Positions 38,586-52,000 of a stretch of DNA of 64,000 bases are shown here, in pieces. Under the pieces are notes generated by a model. It was not told where the DNA came from and did no database searches. It saw only the letters and a program-made list of their open reading frames with translations. The DNA lies in NCBI RefSeq assembly GCF_964204645.1, contig NC_134029.1, forward strand, positions 17,602,950 through 17,666,949, read 5' to 3'. This DNA comes from Tubulanus polymorphus. Its lineage: Eukaryota > Animalia > Nemertea. A program made the position numbers and the translations under genes. Numbering within the stretch: position 1 is the stretch's first letter; each line of letters starts with the position of its first letter.

Positions 38586-38821
38586 GGGCCAACTTCGGTT
38601 TTCGTAGCTAGTCGACTAGTGGTCGGAACTAATAACCGAACACACTATAGTTCGGTCGTAACGTATTTCACAGTGTCGGCCATCTTGAACCTAGTTCCGA
38701 ACTGTAGCGACCATGCTCAATTGCATGGTCGACCATTTCCGGACTATAGTTCCGACTAACGGACATTCGGTTTCATTTAGTTCGACTATAGTCGACTAAC
38801 TCCGATAACGGAAGGTGGCCC
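38586..38821. mobile_element. MITE with imperfect TIRs
   Basis: GGGCCAACTTCGGTTTTCGTAGCTAGTCGACTA / TAGTCGACTAACTCCGATAACGGAAGGTGGCCC, with internal TAGTTC(C)G repeats. Confidence 0.7.
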
Positions 38822-39340
38822 TGAATGAGACCACCATTGGTTGGAGCAGGCGAACTAATGGACGCTGGCCAATAAACGTCCTTTGGTCGGGAGGGGCCTA
38901 AAAACTAATAACTATCAGATATATGATAACTTGTGATATAAAGTTGACAATAACAACTACAGTAGAGTAAAGCCAACTCGAAAAAAATCTTAATGAACTT
39001 ACCTTTTTATAATTCATTAAAATTATTTTGGCAAAGCATAAATGTAACGACAGATCATTCAACAGAAAGACTGTCATCAGAGATTATCAATATTCATATC
39101 TTTAATTGTTGAATACAATGAGACGGTTGTCAATGGCAACTGGTGGTAGCACTAAATATATAGGCCTATATATAAATGTAAAACTAGATCTTGTTGTTGG
39201 TAGGTCTAAAAGGATAGTCGATAATATCGAAGTCAATCGAAATATAATATCAATCGAATATGGACGGTAGCATTTAATGTTGCATATTCATGTGTGTTCG
39301 TAGATCTTCTCTATATGAGGTGCAACGAGAACATCCCGAA

Positions 39341-40519
39341 CTAATCCCAAGTTTTCGGTACAGGTCGATAACCCACGTATCTCATCTTCAGACAATGTTT
39401 CAAGCGCCAAAAGGACACCAGAATAAGAGGCAACCCTATTGCAATTATTGTTATATGAAGAAGATAAAATCTCAAAATGATACCCCAACAATGAAGTCTT
39501 CCGTGTAATTGACATTTCCAAGATCGGGCTCCATTCCACATTGCTAAACGATCGAAGTATTCCAAGCCGCCGGCGGTAACTACGCAGTCGCACAGGTATT
39601 CTGGACTCGGGGCAAGGGGTTGATCGTGCTCGAAACCGCTCACTCCGTATCTGGGAACTTTCAGCTCGTTCAAACACATCGCTAGATATACATCTCCGCT
39701 CGGGATGCCATAGCGATTCATAACCACGAACAAGGAAACAACGTCTATCACTACGAACATTGGTATCACATAACCACCCGAACTCTTGCAGGTTTTCGGT
39801 AAATATTCCATTGGGTAAACATCTTTATCGATATGCTGGATGTTGTTAGGATTACGGATCGGTTCGGTAGGATCTCCGCAATTGCCAATAACCCTTCTAC
39901 CGGAACCCATCAACTGGATTTCACCAATCAGATTGTCTATATTGACCAGAATCTCGTCATTTGTTTGCACGATGAAGGTAGCAGTCTGGCAGGCTTTTAC
40001 AGCCCATCTTATGCCGAATATGGTCTTTAATGTGTCATTGCGTACGGTATCGGCGAACCGACCCCCAATAATATCCCTATGGACTGAAGCCTCTTCTATT
40101 ACATTGGAATTAACATCGGTAGAAGAAGACAGAGCGACCACAAATACAACTCGTAAATTTACTTCGAATCCCGGTCTTTCCAGTCCTTTATTACTGGCCC
40201 ATGTTTGTCGTATCAGTGTTCTTCTCGTATGCGCTTCTGATGGACTCGAAACAAGAATTAAAACCGACTCGCGATCTTTCGGGAACTGACAATCTACATC
40301 GGGCAAATTCGCAATAGGCATTGTCTCCGGGTTACAATTGAAGTCGCACCGTTTGGTCTTATCGCGGATCCGTTGCTCGATCATCAGCGGATCATAGAGG
40401 AGCGTACTGCGAGCGAACAGAAACATACCGACTACGATGGATGAGAAAAGCAAAACGAGAAAAATTCTTAACCGACACATTGACGATTTACATGCAGACT
40501 CGATCACAGCATTCGACAT
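39341..40519 (-). CDS. GT31-family beta-1,3-galactosyl/GlcNAc-transferase-like protein, 392 aa, single coding exon, divergent catalytic motifs
   Basis: N-terminal TM (IFLVLLFSSIVVGMFLF), LILVSSP..RRTLIRQTWA, VVFVV, EEASVHRDII.GRFADTVRNDTLKT..GIRW...C, P(I)RNP, YP..YLPKTC.SSGGYV, DVYLAMCL. Splice acceptor at 40533-40532, just before the ATG at 40519. Confidence 0.85.
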   Translation of the reverse strand: MSNAVIESACKSSMCRLRIFLVLLFSSIVVGMFLFARSTLLYDPLMIEQRIRDKTKRCDFNCNPETMPIANLPDVDCQFPKDRESVLILVSSPSEAHTRRTLIRQTWASNKGLERPGFEVNLRVVFVVALSSSTDVNSNVIEEASVHRDIIGGRFADTVRNDTLKTIFGIRWAVKACQTATFIVQTNDEILVNIDNLIGEIQLMGSGRRVIGNCGDPTEPIRNPNNIQHIDKDVYPMEYLPKTCKSSGGYVIPMFVVIDVVSLFVVMNRYGIPSGDVYLAMCLNELKVPRYGVSGFEHDQPLAPSPEYLCDCVVTAGGLEYFDRLAMWNGARSWKCQLHGRLHCWGIILRFYLLHITIIAIGLPLILVSFWRLKHCLKMRYVGYRPVPKTWD

Positions 40520-42611
40520 ATTTCCAGCAATCTGAAATAAGAACACACAATTCAAGTGCTTAATTGCAGAAAGTGATGGTAGTAGAGTAGTGGGCCCAAG
40601 GGAAATGCAGTCGTGTCTGACTCGCTGCAACTCGTTGAAACTGGACGTGATATTCTGAATGTCCATGTATGAAAACTGTCCTGGAGTTGGGTAGATCAAT
40701 ATGATCTGGATGATAAATTATCAAGATTCTAACTAACGCCATCTAAGTGCAAAACATTGTTATCTTTGATTTAATGTATGTACAGACAACACATTGAAAC
40801 GCTTGTACGAACATGTATTTACCTGTACACCCGTCCGCCTGTTCCTGTCAATCTACCGCGCTCTATGTCGTTCGTACGATGGAACAATTGGTCATAATAT
40901 GCCTCCAGTATATAATTTATAAGATGGATTTTCTCTATGGCAACTACGTTGGATAACTGGATAGCGCCGTAGTGGCACATTTATACACCGAGTAACATCA
41001 CTAGTGTATGCACATGCATGTCCCCTGTCACTCAATATTTCAACTGATGTTAATGAACAGATTTTAGTAAAAAATTTTCATTTTCCTCCCTAGGGATGTC
41101 AACATAAAGGGACCAAGGCCCAGTTGTTCTGGTTTAGGGTTAACCATATGGAGCAATATTGCTTAAACTCTTTCAACTTGTCGTTAAATCACGTACGTAT
41201 AGTTTTTTTGTTAAAGTTAGTGTTGTTAAACTTTAACCAGTCGCCAGATTTAAACAACTTGCTGTGGTCACACTTATTGGCATGACCATTTACCTCGGTA
41301 AAGATTACTTTTTGGTGAAAATTATAATTTGGCTGTATATCAGAGATAGTCTATACAGGAGCTTGAGCTGTCGGACGAGAGCTTCGAAAGATGCATTATA
41401 ATTCGGAAGAGATTAGATTCACCAAACGGCATTTATTGAAGAGAGCTTGCGTTTTTAACAGAGCAACCTCTAGCGAAGGGGTATTTTGGTCTTTTAGATT
41501 TTCACAAACAGGAGCATTAGTCAGCCAGCCAACCTTAAAAAACTATCCTAAAATTCGACGATCACGGCATTTTTTGTTACAGCTTGGCATCCGGGCTCAT
41601 TTGATAGCAGAGTATGTGGGCTATCATGTGTGGTGGATGCCTTTTACAATTTTTTCGTTTTTGGCCTACAGGGGGCGTTAAAGTCAGACATTTTGAAATT
41701 AAAACATCTTCATTTTCATTCGTCAAGGAAATACACTTTAAACTACTTTTGCTAAATAATTCGAATATCTCATCTTAGGTTTGGAGTAATTTTACAATCT
41801 AAACCTTTTCTGAGTTGGGGGATTGCAGCGCATATAGCGCAACGTTAATTTTATGCATAAGTTCATTTGTTACCTAGTTACAGCAGCAACAATCGTGTAA
41901 TATTCACTTGAAAATAGCAATTTCATATAAAATATTCATTTTAAAGGTTATTAGCTCAAATAGTGATGTTGTTAATGTTTTTTGTTGATTATTTTGATAT
42001 TTCTTTAAACTTACTTATAACTCGTATGTACTTGGTCAATATCGGGATTAACTGTTTATTGGTTTCTATGGTAACAGCAATTCAAATCTGCGTTCTTCAT
42101 CCGTCAGGTACCGGTATTTTGGGCGTTGGGTCTTTCGTGACATTCCAAATGTTCTCAAACTTGCCTAAAGTCTTCGGCCATGTATTGGGCCGCTTATTAC
42201 TACGTCTTGCTAACAATTGAATTGCAACAATGGTAACCATTGTTGCAATTGGAGAAAAATCGCGTAATTTGTCCACATTCTTGACGTAACCAATGGATTA
42301 ATTGAGGATGTGTTTATCTAAAACCATATCTAATCTCTTTTCTTTAAAATTTTAAAATCATTCCATATTCGTTCACGAGTAAATTATTACTAAACGTTGT
42401 CACCATGGTAACCATACATTATATGCGTTTATTTGAAAAAAAAAAAATTCTTTTTTTCCCATAAGATTTTCTCCCATATCTTTTGAACCCTTTCACCGAA
42501 TTTGTTGTATGAAAGCTCATTTTTGAGGCAATTCCTTGAATTTTCCTTACTTCTAGGGGATGATACTAGTTAACCTTTAGTAAAACTAATATTCCCTTAA
42601 CTGCAATTTAC

Positions 42612-43769
42612 TTTTTAGCCCACTTGGGACTTTAGTCCCAGCGGGCTATTGCGTTCACTTTTCGTGACTACTTTTCAGCCCAAAAACTGGCCCTGTAAGA
42701 ATCAAGATGGCCAACTGTCAGCCATTGTTGTTCGCTAAAATCAACACTTTTTACACATTTTTGAACTTTTTGAGGGAAATTTTGAAGACGCTTTGATCAA
42801 TTACCTTGATCTTTCGGATGTATGTGAATACCCCCCAGGGCCCATCAGCATAACAAAAATTGGGTCGATCGGACTCAAGATGACCTATGACCTTTTTAGT
42901 GCCCAAAAATGTCAATTTTGGCCCGAATTCTGAGTGCTGTAGCTCCCTACTGGTTTGCCATTTCTCATTGCAATTTGTGATGGGTATTCATTGAAAAGGG
43001 ATGTTTTATACCTGAGACAGGTATTTTTGATCAGCCAATTATGACGCAATTGGCGGCCATTTTGGTGTCATCACTACTCATTCGTAGGTGGGAAAAAGTT
43101 TTTCCACATTATATTGATACCTAAGCGTATTTTGTTACCACAATCAATTAGTAACTTGTAGCTCATAACGTGTTCTATGATTGTGGTGAGTTTCAAGGTC
43201 ATTGGTTTTTGTATATGGCCACCAGGGGGCGTTTATTAATACTATATCTTAGTATTTCTATATTATATTCGTATCAATGCATATTTTGTAACCACAATCA
43301 ATTGCAAAGTTGTAGTTCATGACATCATCTATGATTGTCGCAAGTTTTAAGGCCATTAGTTATTCTATATGGTCACCAGGGGGTGTTGAATAGTAGAATA
43401 ACGTAGTATCTCCTTATTATATTGGTACCTAGGCATATTTTGTTACCATGATCAATTACAAAGTTATAGTTCGTGACTATAGTTCGTTCTATGATTGTGG
43501 TGAGTTTCAAGGTCATTGGGTTTTGAATATGGTCATCAGGGGGCGTTGAATAGTAGAATAACTTAGTATTTCCATATTAAATTGGTAACGAGGCATATTT
43601 TGTTATCATAATCAATTACAAAATCGTAGCTGCTGACATGTTTTATGATTGTATTGAGTTTCAAGGTCATTGGTTTTTGCATATGGTCACCAGGGGGAAT
43701 ATTGAAATTGTAGATTGTTGAGCATTTGGAACCACTTCCCTAGTGGGCATGGTGTCCCTGGACCCCTAG
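42612..43769 (+). mobile_element. HINE with 154-bp tandem units inserted into the Academ element
   Basis: Same termini as the other HINEs. It interrupts GCAATTTA^TCATTAT, which is contiguous in the solo arm at ~10962-10980. Confidence 0.88.
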
Positions 43770-44139
43770 TTTATCATTATCTAGGCAGTTTTTGTGGCAA
43801 GAGCCACATGCAGATGTACAAGTGACATAATTCTTTCTGCATTTACAGTTGGCGCGGCTGCAATCAGTCTTGCATTTACAAGAAACCAATTCAGGACATG
43901 CTGAACATGCATTTTTGCTTGATAGTTTGCACGGGCTATATGACGTTGTAATGCATCTTTCTACTTTTGATATTGATAGGGACTCAAAGTGCCCTTTCTT
44001 GCTTTTATGGAACTAGGAACGACTGAATGTACCATTTTGTTGAAAATTATCTACCTCCTCTTGTAAAAATACTTTAGCCCGAAATTTTCCATACTGCCAA
44101 ATTGCATTATAATAATCTTATAAAGCATTCCAAGAGGCA

Positions 44140-45960
44140 GTACTACAATACCAGGATTAGTGATGCAGGGTTCGGATGGAAAAGCTATGCAGAAAGTGTT
44201 TGATGAACTTCTTCTGAAAGATGTTAGTAGAAAGCTGCCAGATAGTGATGATTGGGAAGAACTTGCAAATAGATTTGCAACTTTCTTTGCTGACAAAATT
44301 GAGAGGATTAAACTATCTTTCCCAGACTCGTGTTTGGGTCCTGAAACGATGCATTTCGGAGATTGTGAGTTAGAGGAATTTGAGCCAGTCTTGGAGAAAG
44401 AGCTTGTATCAATAATAGGGTAATCGCCAAGTAAGTCATGTGAGCTTGATGCTTTGCCTACTTGGATGCTGAGAGCCATCCTACCTGCTGTCATTCCTCT
44501 CTATTTGGACATTATTAACAGACCGTTGTTGGAAGGATACGTTCCCGTGTCTATGAAGACTGCGTTGATAACCCCGCTCATTAAAAAACAGAGCTTAGAT
44601 ACTTCCGTTCTCAAAAACTACCGTCCAGTCAGTAACCCCCCGTTTATCTCCAAGGTACTGGAGCGTGTTGACGCTGCTCGTATAACCGCTTATATGGATG
44701 CTAACAATTTACATGATATTTACCAGTCTGCGTACAAAACCTGTCACAGCACCGAGACAGCTCTTGTCAAGGTTCAAAGTGACATTCGTAACATGGTTGA
44801 CGCTGATGGTGCTGCCATACTTGTCCTTTTAGACCTGAGTGCTGCCTTCGATACTGTGGACCATCTCATCCTTGTAAATCGACTTCAGGTAGTGCTCGGT
44901 ATTCGTGGTTCAGCACTTCAGTGGTTAATATCGTACCTTGAGAATCGAACGCATCGTGTCGTTATCAACAGACATTACTCTGATTTCTGCAAAGTTGAGT
45001 ATGGTGTGCCCCAAGGCTCCGTGCTGGGGCCACTATTGTTCCTCATTTATATATTGCCCTTAGTGCAGTTATTTGAGGATAGCAAAGTTTCACGTCATGG
45101 TTTTGCGGACGATGGTCAACTGTATATGGCAATCAAATGCAAATCATTGGACATCAGTAGACAAGTTAATGTTATCGGGCTTACATGTTCTCATGTCAAC
45201 AAGTGGCTTATTGACAATAAGTTGATGTGCAATGTGGATAAGTTCGAGGCAATGTTGTTTGGAACAATGCATATACTGCGTTCAATCAACATACGTAGTA
45301 TTCGCGACTGATGACTTTGAGATTCCGTTATCGAATAAACCTATCCGAAATCTTGGAGTAATTTTTGACCCTCAGCTCAATATGGAGGCACATGTTAGTA
45401 GTGTTGTCTGTGCTACGTCCTATTATCTTAGGGCGATAGGTAGCATCCGGGACTACTTGTCTGATGCGGCTGCGAAACTGTTGATGCAGTCCCTAGTTTT
45501 GTCGAGGATTGACTACTGTAACGCATGCTTGGCAGGATCGTCTTTTTCTTCTCTTCATAGACTGCAATTAATAAAGAACCGTGCCGCTCGTATTGTCACC
45601 AAAACAAAGAAATATGAGCATATAACACCTGTGCTTAGGTCCCTTCACTGGTTGCCTGTGAAACAGCGCAAAGAGTTCAAAGTTATTCTCCTTGTTTTTA
45701 AGTGCCTCCACTTGTTGGCTCCAGTCTACTTGAAAGATCTACTCGTTCAGTACAATCCAGTTCGTGCACTAAGATCATCATCTCAAAATTTACTGTCTCC
45801 AGCCCATTACAACCTAAGTACTTTTAGTGGACGTTCATTTACTGTAGTTGCTGCTTCCCTTTGGAATAACATTGATAACCACCTGCGTAATATTCACGAT
45901 GTCAACCAGTTTAAACGTTCACTAAAAACAAAAATGTCCATACATTGACAAAATCAAATA
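44140..45960 (+). mobile_element. 5'-truncated L2-clade LINE (ORF2 RT and C-terminus, with a stop and a frameshift)
   Basis: LKNYRPVSN.PFISKVLE, YQSAYK..HSTETAL, LLDLSAAFDTVDH, GVPQGSVLGPLLF, FADDGQLY, RNLGVIFD, SRIDYCN, HITPVLRSLHWLPV. Confidence 0.93.
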
Positions 45961-48900
45961 GTATTATATATAAGTAATATATGAGGCCTGCCTACCTATT
46001 AGTTATAAGGCCTATTCTCCACTCAAATATCTTAGAATTCCATCCTTCCTCAACTATTGAATCCCATCTTTTCCTAATCATAGAGTCTCATTCCTTCTTC
46101 ATGACATTTTCAAGCCAACTCTGACAATTATTGAAGCTGTTGCAATTTCTTCATCAAAAATTGATCAGTCAAGCTACAACTATGAAATATTTCATTGACA
46201 CAAGTTTTGGTGATAATGAAGTGTCTATTATTCGAAAGACAATCATTTTCACTGAACAGCATATATCCTGACAAAAATCATTCAAGACACTCCAACGTTA
46301 GAATCATTAATGTCATGCCCTAGAAGTAAAGAAAATTCAAGAAATTGCCTCAAATATGAGCTTTCATTCGACCGATTCGGTAAAAGGGTTCAAAAGATAT
46401 GGGAAAAAAAGAATTTTTTCAAATAAACGCATATAATGTATGGTTACCATGGTGACAACGTTTAGTTATAATTTACTCGTGAACGAATATGGAATGATTT
46501 TAAAATTTTAAAGAAAAGAGATTAGATATGGTTTTAGATAAACACATCCTCAATTAATCCATTGGTTACGTCAAGAATGTGGACAAATTACGCGATTTTT
46601 CTGCAATTGCAACAATGGTTACCATTGTTGCAATTCAATTGTTAGCAAGACGTAGTAATAAGCGGTCCAATACATGGCCGACGACTTTAGGCAAGTTTGA
46701 GAACATTTCGAATGTCACGAAAGACCCAACGCCCAAAATACCGGTACCTGACGGATGAAGAACGCAGATTTGAATTGCTGTTACCATAGAAACCAATAAA
46801 CAGTTAATCCCGATATTGACCAAGTACATACGAGTTGTAAGTAAGTTTAAAGAAATATCAAAATAATCAACAAAAAACATTAACAACATCACTATTTGAG
46901 CTAATAACCTTTAAAATGAATATTTCATATGAAATTGCTATTTTCAAGTGAATATTACACGATTGTTGCTGCTGTAACTAGGTAACAAATGAATGTATGC
47001 ATAAAATTAACGTTGCGCTATATGCGCTGCAATCCCCCAACTCGGAAAAGGTTTAGATTGTAAAATTACTCCAAACCTAAGATAGGATATTCGAATTATT
47101 TAGCAAAAGTAGTTTAAAGTGTATTTCCTTGACGAATGAAAATGAAGATGTTTTAATTTCAAAATGTCTGACTTTAACGCCCCCTGTAGGCCAAAAAACG
47201 AAAAAATTGTAAAAGGCATCCACCACACATGATAGCCCACATACTCTGCTATCAAATGAGCCCGGATGCCAAGCTGTAACAAAAAATGCCGTGATCGTCG
47301 AATTTTCCATGATTGGCTGGCTGACTACATTATGAAAGTAAATTCGCCGCAGCAATATTAAGAACCTGTCCAAAATCGGTATTTCGCCGCAGCAATCAAA
47401 AATTTACTATGTTTTATGATTAAATATATTTTATTTCTTTTTGCTGTGCTTTGTACATAATCAGGCTAGTTTTAGTTTTTGAAAATTCTGAATCACACAG
47501 TCGGTGTGTCTAGGCAACCGCAGTTTGTACTACGTTCCGGTGAACTCTCCATCACCGAAAGGAAATTCTTACAAGACCCAGTTATCAATAATTTTCATTT
47601 GACACTTTCTGAGAAAATTCAAAACTCTTCGTGGGCTGTAAGGGGGTTTACTTGAGTGATCACCAGTGAATTGAAAATGTTTTATCGTTTTAGTTACATT
47701 TTTAGTTAAGTCTTAGTCGAGTTATTTTAACCATTTTCAAAATCTAATTATATTTTGTAGCATAATTTTGAGTCATTTTTCACTGCTGAGTCATCTCAAG
47801 TAAGATTTTAATTTTCATTATTGTGGTTAGCCATGTGACATCCTGCAGGGGGTCCCTGCTGGGTTGCAAAGATGCAAGCTGGACACGCTTCAGAGATTTT
47901 GAGGGAGAAGGATCTTAGCTAAAGACCTCTTGAAATCCCTTTCAAAAATTGAAGTCCAAGTTCCAAGACTTGTGGACCCAAATGGACGTTATCCATTTTC
48001 AAACTTATTATTCAAGTTATGCTTACCAACCAGAACCATTAGCTGGACGAGTTCGAAAAATTTTCGTTCCGGAGTGCAGAAAGTCGACGGTCAACCACTC
48101 GCGCGCGCTCTGCGCTTGACTCAACGGGCGGCCACGCGCGTCACGTCGCAAGGCCGACCTACGCCCGGCTTTACAGCCATTGACACAAAATTACCAATTT
48201 TTTTTAAGCGCCTTCCTAAAAGGGACGTAAAATGTAACTGTGTTCGATTGTTGCAGCCGAGAAAAATGAAATAAACACCATCAGAAAAATAGAAATTGTA
48301 ACCTTTCTAACGATTCGTAAGTTTAGATTTTGTGCCAAAAGAGGGATGGACGACAAGTAATCGCGCTAGAGGTTTTAGTTTAAGAGATGTTGAAATCTGT
48401 CCAACAATGCGGGACCGCCTCAAAATGGCACCTGGTAACTGGAAACTTACCTGAAGCTGACTACTGACGGTGTGTGTGTATTTTTGCATCATTGAATCAT
48501 TAGAATTATAACCTCGGAAGATCATCATCAGCGGCCAGGAAGGTTCGTCAACAGATTCGTGGATTTGTGGTATAATTATATTTATTTTTTTTTTGATTTT
48601 GTTCAATTAATGAATTTAATACGCATTGATTAATTTTAGTAATTTGAAGTAATCGATTAATTTTGTTTCAGTCTTCTATGTCTTCTAATTGATAATTTGA
48701 ATAGTTATTTTTCCTTATTAGTAATAAACTGTAGTATTTCATATCAGTGTTTGTGTTTGCATTTTGCTGTCGGTATCGAGATTTAGGAAATTAAATTTGG
48801 AGAACCCTACCACACGGTGGCCAACAACAAGGTGGCAAGTGTGGGTTACATATAATTCGTCTGTTTATACGTACATTCTCGTTTCATAATTACTGCTGTA

Positions 48901-49034
48901 ATGGGATTGATCATTCCAAACACAATATGTGTAATACTGCTAAGCAACGCAATCTATTTATTCATTAAGGTATATGATATTCACGGCAATTTCCGATTCA
49001 TTAGACGGTTTCTTTGTTTAAAGGAGGCTTTATC

Positions 49035-52000
49035 ATGCCAAATGAACGTTGGATGGTTGTTTTGTCAGCCTTCATTGGTAGCTTCATTGTCGGTGGAGTT
49101 TCGTATTCGTGTAGCATTTTTTATGTAGAATGGTTAGAAACGTTTGACGGCAGCTACGCGTTAACCTCGACTGTTGCTTCACTAAACGTAGGATTATTCT
49201 CTTTGATTGGTGAGTCCTGCAAGCGATAGAGATAATGTGATTGAATTGGTAACGCGTGAGTGATTTACGTGTGAACGCGCTCTCTAACTGCAAATGTCCC
49301 ATTTGACTCGAGCCATTTTCTTAATCGTTCATAATCATTTTCAACATCCACTTTGATTTAACACCGTGGTGTGAATTAAATGATGACCCCTGACCAATCT
49401 CTCCCGAGTCATATGAAGTCTTTCTCAGATGTACAGGCTAACAAAATTGATACCATATTCCTCATTCTGCTCAGCTTGAATGTTGACGCCGCCGGCCGTC
49501 TAATATTATCTATCCTGTGCATTACTTTTTTTTCAAAATTATGATCAAGCTAACCATAACAGACCAGGCAGTTAGAGAAATGAACTGATTTCAAATTTTA
49601 TTGCAGTTTACAAAAATTACTCGGCCGATTAAGAGACACAAGGTATCATTTTATTTCAACCATGGAATTTGTCTGGCCTCCGTAAAAATTCAAATTTCTC
49701 AGCGAAAATCATTGCCACTGTTATTTCTAACGACACACACAGATGCATTTTTATAGATGCTGTCATATGCGTGAGTAGTTATGATGATTAAATTCGTTGA
49801 TCTTCATACCGCCACACACAGCCCTCGATCCCAGCATCTAAAACTAACCTTAATTGAATGTCACTTTCTTAATGTCGGCGATTGCGGCAAGTAAAACTAA
49901 CCTACGACCTCTTTCCCAACGTATGCGATGTCGGCAAGCAAAACTAATCTACCTGGTGCATTAATTTTTTTGTGATAAGTCTCATCGCCCTTACTTTTCC
50001 GCATCGCATACTATACTTGAGCCAAGAACTTACACCCAGTTCTGGCAGTGTGGTTGTCGCTCTACGATCCTAGTGTAACCAATATCAACAAGTAGCCTAT
50101 ATCATTCCTAAAAAGTACATCAGACACCAAGGTTCTTGGTAAACAAGAACAACGCTTTCGCCTATGCTAAAGCCCTGTTTTCGTTACTTTCCTCGTTGAG
50201 AATGACCGGTCGAAAATGAAAACAGTTACTGTCACCTCGTCACCCCTGGGCCCATAATCCAGAAAATCCATTGTCCTTGTAAGGTAGATCGCAAGACCCT
50301 AGCACAATGGAGGGGGTAAATGGTCCACATACAAATGCAATAATCGCTTGTCGTTTTTGTACCCTAACAACAGCCAACTTAGGTTTTGCGAAAACGAAAA
50401 TCATAGGGAAAAACGATCTTTTTGGTTTCGCTCTATTGATCCCTTCACCGGTATAATGCCGCCGTACGGCAAAATCGGCTCGGTTTGCAACGCACACAGT
50501 ATTCTTTCGCGCATCGGACCGGGCGATCAGGCAAAGCTGGGCCAGCTAAACATCAAACATGTTTGATATCGGTACAGAATCCCGGTACCTAGTAATTGTT
50601 TCAGAGGTAGAACATATACCAAAGGTAAAAATACTAGGACCTTGTTACACAGTTGTGAGTTAGAGTTAATTCTGAGTTGAAATTAGTTCATTTTCGATGA
50701 GTTAAATCTTCTGTCACAACTGCGGAACTGGGTCCACCAAAAGTAAAATGGCAGAAGAAAGTGTGCAGAGAATTAAAAGCGAACATGATCAACATTTGGA
50801 CATTGTATTCTTCTTTACACTAGAATGACGACATACTGAAGTTTTTTAAATATTGAACGGCACTGTCTAGATTTACAGTAAACTTCGCCTTACTCCGACA
50901 AACTGGGTCCGGCAAAATTGCTCCGAGGTAAGCGAAGTCAGTGATAGGAAAGATAAGGAAGAAATCACAAAAATGATTTCGCTTTTGTCCGAGTTAGTTG
51001 AAATTGGTCGTCATGTCCGAATAAGATGAAATTTACTGTGTAGCATATTTCCAGATTAACGTTGTGTCTATTAATTCTTTATTTAGATGTTTTTCATTCC
51101 TAATGAGTTCAAAATTATTCGTGTTTGATATCATCCTACGCCGCCACACACTCCTGATCTAACGATGAATTTCATTTTGAATTATAGGTCCCGTTTCGAG
51201 TGTGATCGCGAATCGCGTTGGTTTCAGGTGGTTAATCATTGTGGCCGGTCTTGTTTCATTCACCGGAATGGTCGTATCGAGCTTCGCCACAAATATTTAC
51301 GTATTGATGTTCTCATTTGGGATCTTAACAGGTAAAACACGTGCGCGCGCGCACAAAATAATTGTATGGAAATTGTTGTTCTTTGGGACCATACCTGGTA
51401 ACAATACCAGGGGTATATAATGATATTATTACTCGTAGGTAAAAATACCAGAGGAAAAATACCATATGTTATATACATGTATACGAAGGAAGTAAAGTAA
51501 AAATACGAGGGTTATAATAATAAAATGTTAAATGTTTTGGAACAAAAAACGTTAACCCAGCCAGCTTTCTCATAATTCATTAGGGATTACAGCATTTCAA
51601 ATGGAACAAATTGTTACCTCGGCAAAAATACTCCAAAACTGCATTAGTACACAGCTGGAATTACGCTAAGTTATAAAACTTGCTTAAAGACAACAGCATC
51701 ATAGTTTAAGCATTTGGTGTACTATACTATATATTTGTGAATTAGAACGAACGAAAAAACACGCCACTCCTCTCCCTCCCTCCCAGCTCCCAAATGACAA
51801 TAAGAATTGGCTTTTTGATGACACTTCGTTCCCTTTTGCTTGATTATCGCGTGAGGGTGGGCATATGAGGCAACCAGGATTTTTTCTTTCAATTTAGAAG
51901 TTTGCCACAAAAAAAAGAAGAAAAAACCTCCAGGACACTGTATGTCACCCTTTTTGCTATCGTGAAAACTTTTTCTTACCTTACATGAAATGCTTTATTG

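Larger units (their letters stand above)
41518..47327 (-). mobile_element. Non-autonomous Academ-type DNA transposon (~5.8 kb) with ~1-kb TIRs and a nested HINE and L2
   Basis: TAGTCAGCCAGCCAA...TTGGCTGGCTGACTA termini; 3-bp TSD CAT (41515-41517 and 47328-47330); inverted arms 41518-~42570 and ~46315-47327. Minus-strand transposase remnant at 43775-43960: KDALQRHIARANYQA.. and ELVSCKCKTDCSRANCKCRKNYVTCTSACGSC. Confidence 0.85.

Noticed and set aside
40520-40699. N-terminal 60 aa of the 452-aa ORF
   Set aside because: A splice acceptor at 40533-40532 indicates most of it is intron; the likely start is the ATG at 40519 or the next Met.
48451-48570. Minus-strand segment ending in CAG|GTAAGT as a distant 5' exon of the GT31 gene
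   Set aside because: Only a donor motif supports it; it cannot be linked without transcript data.
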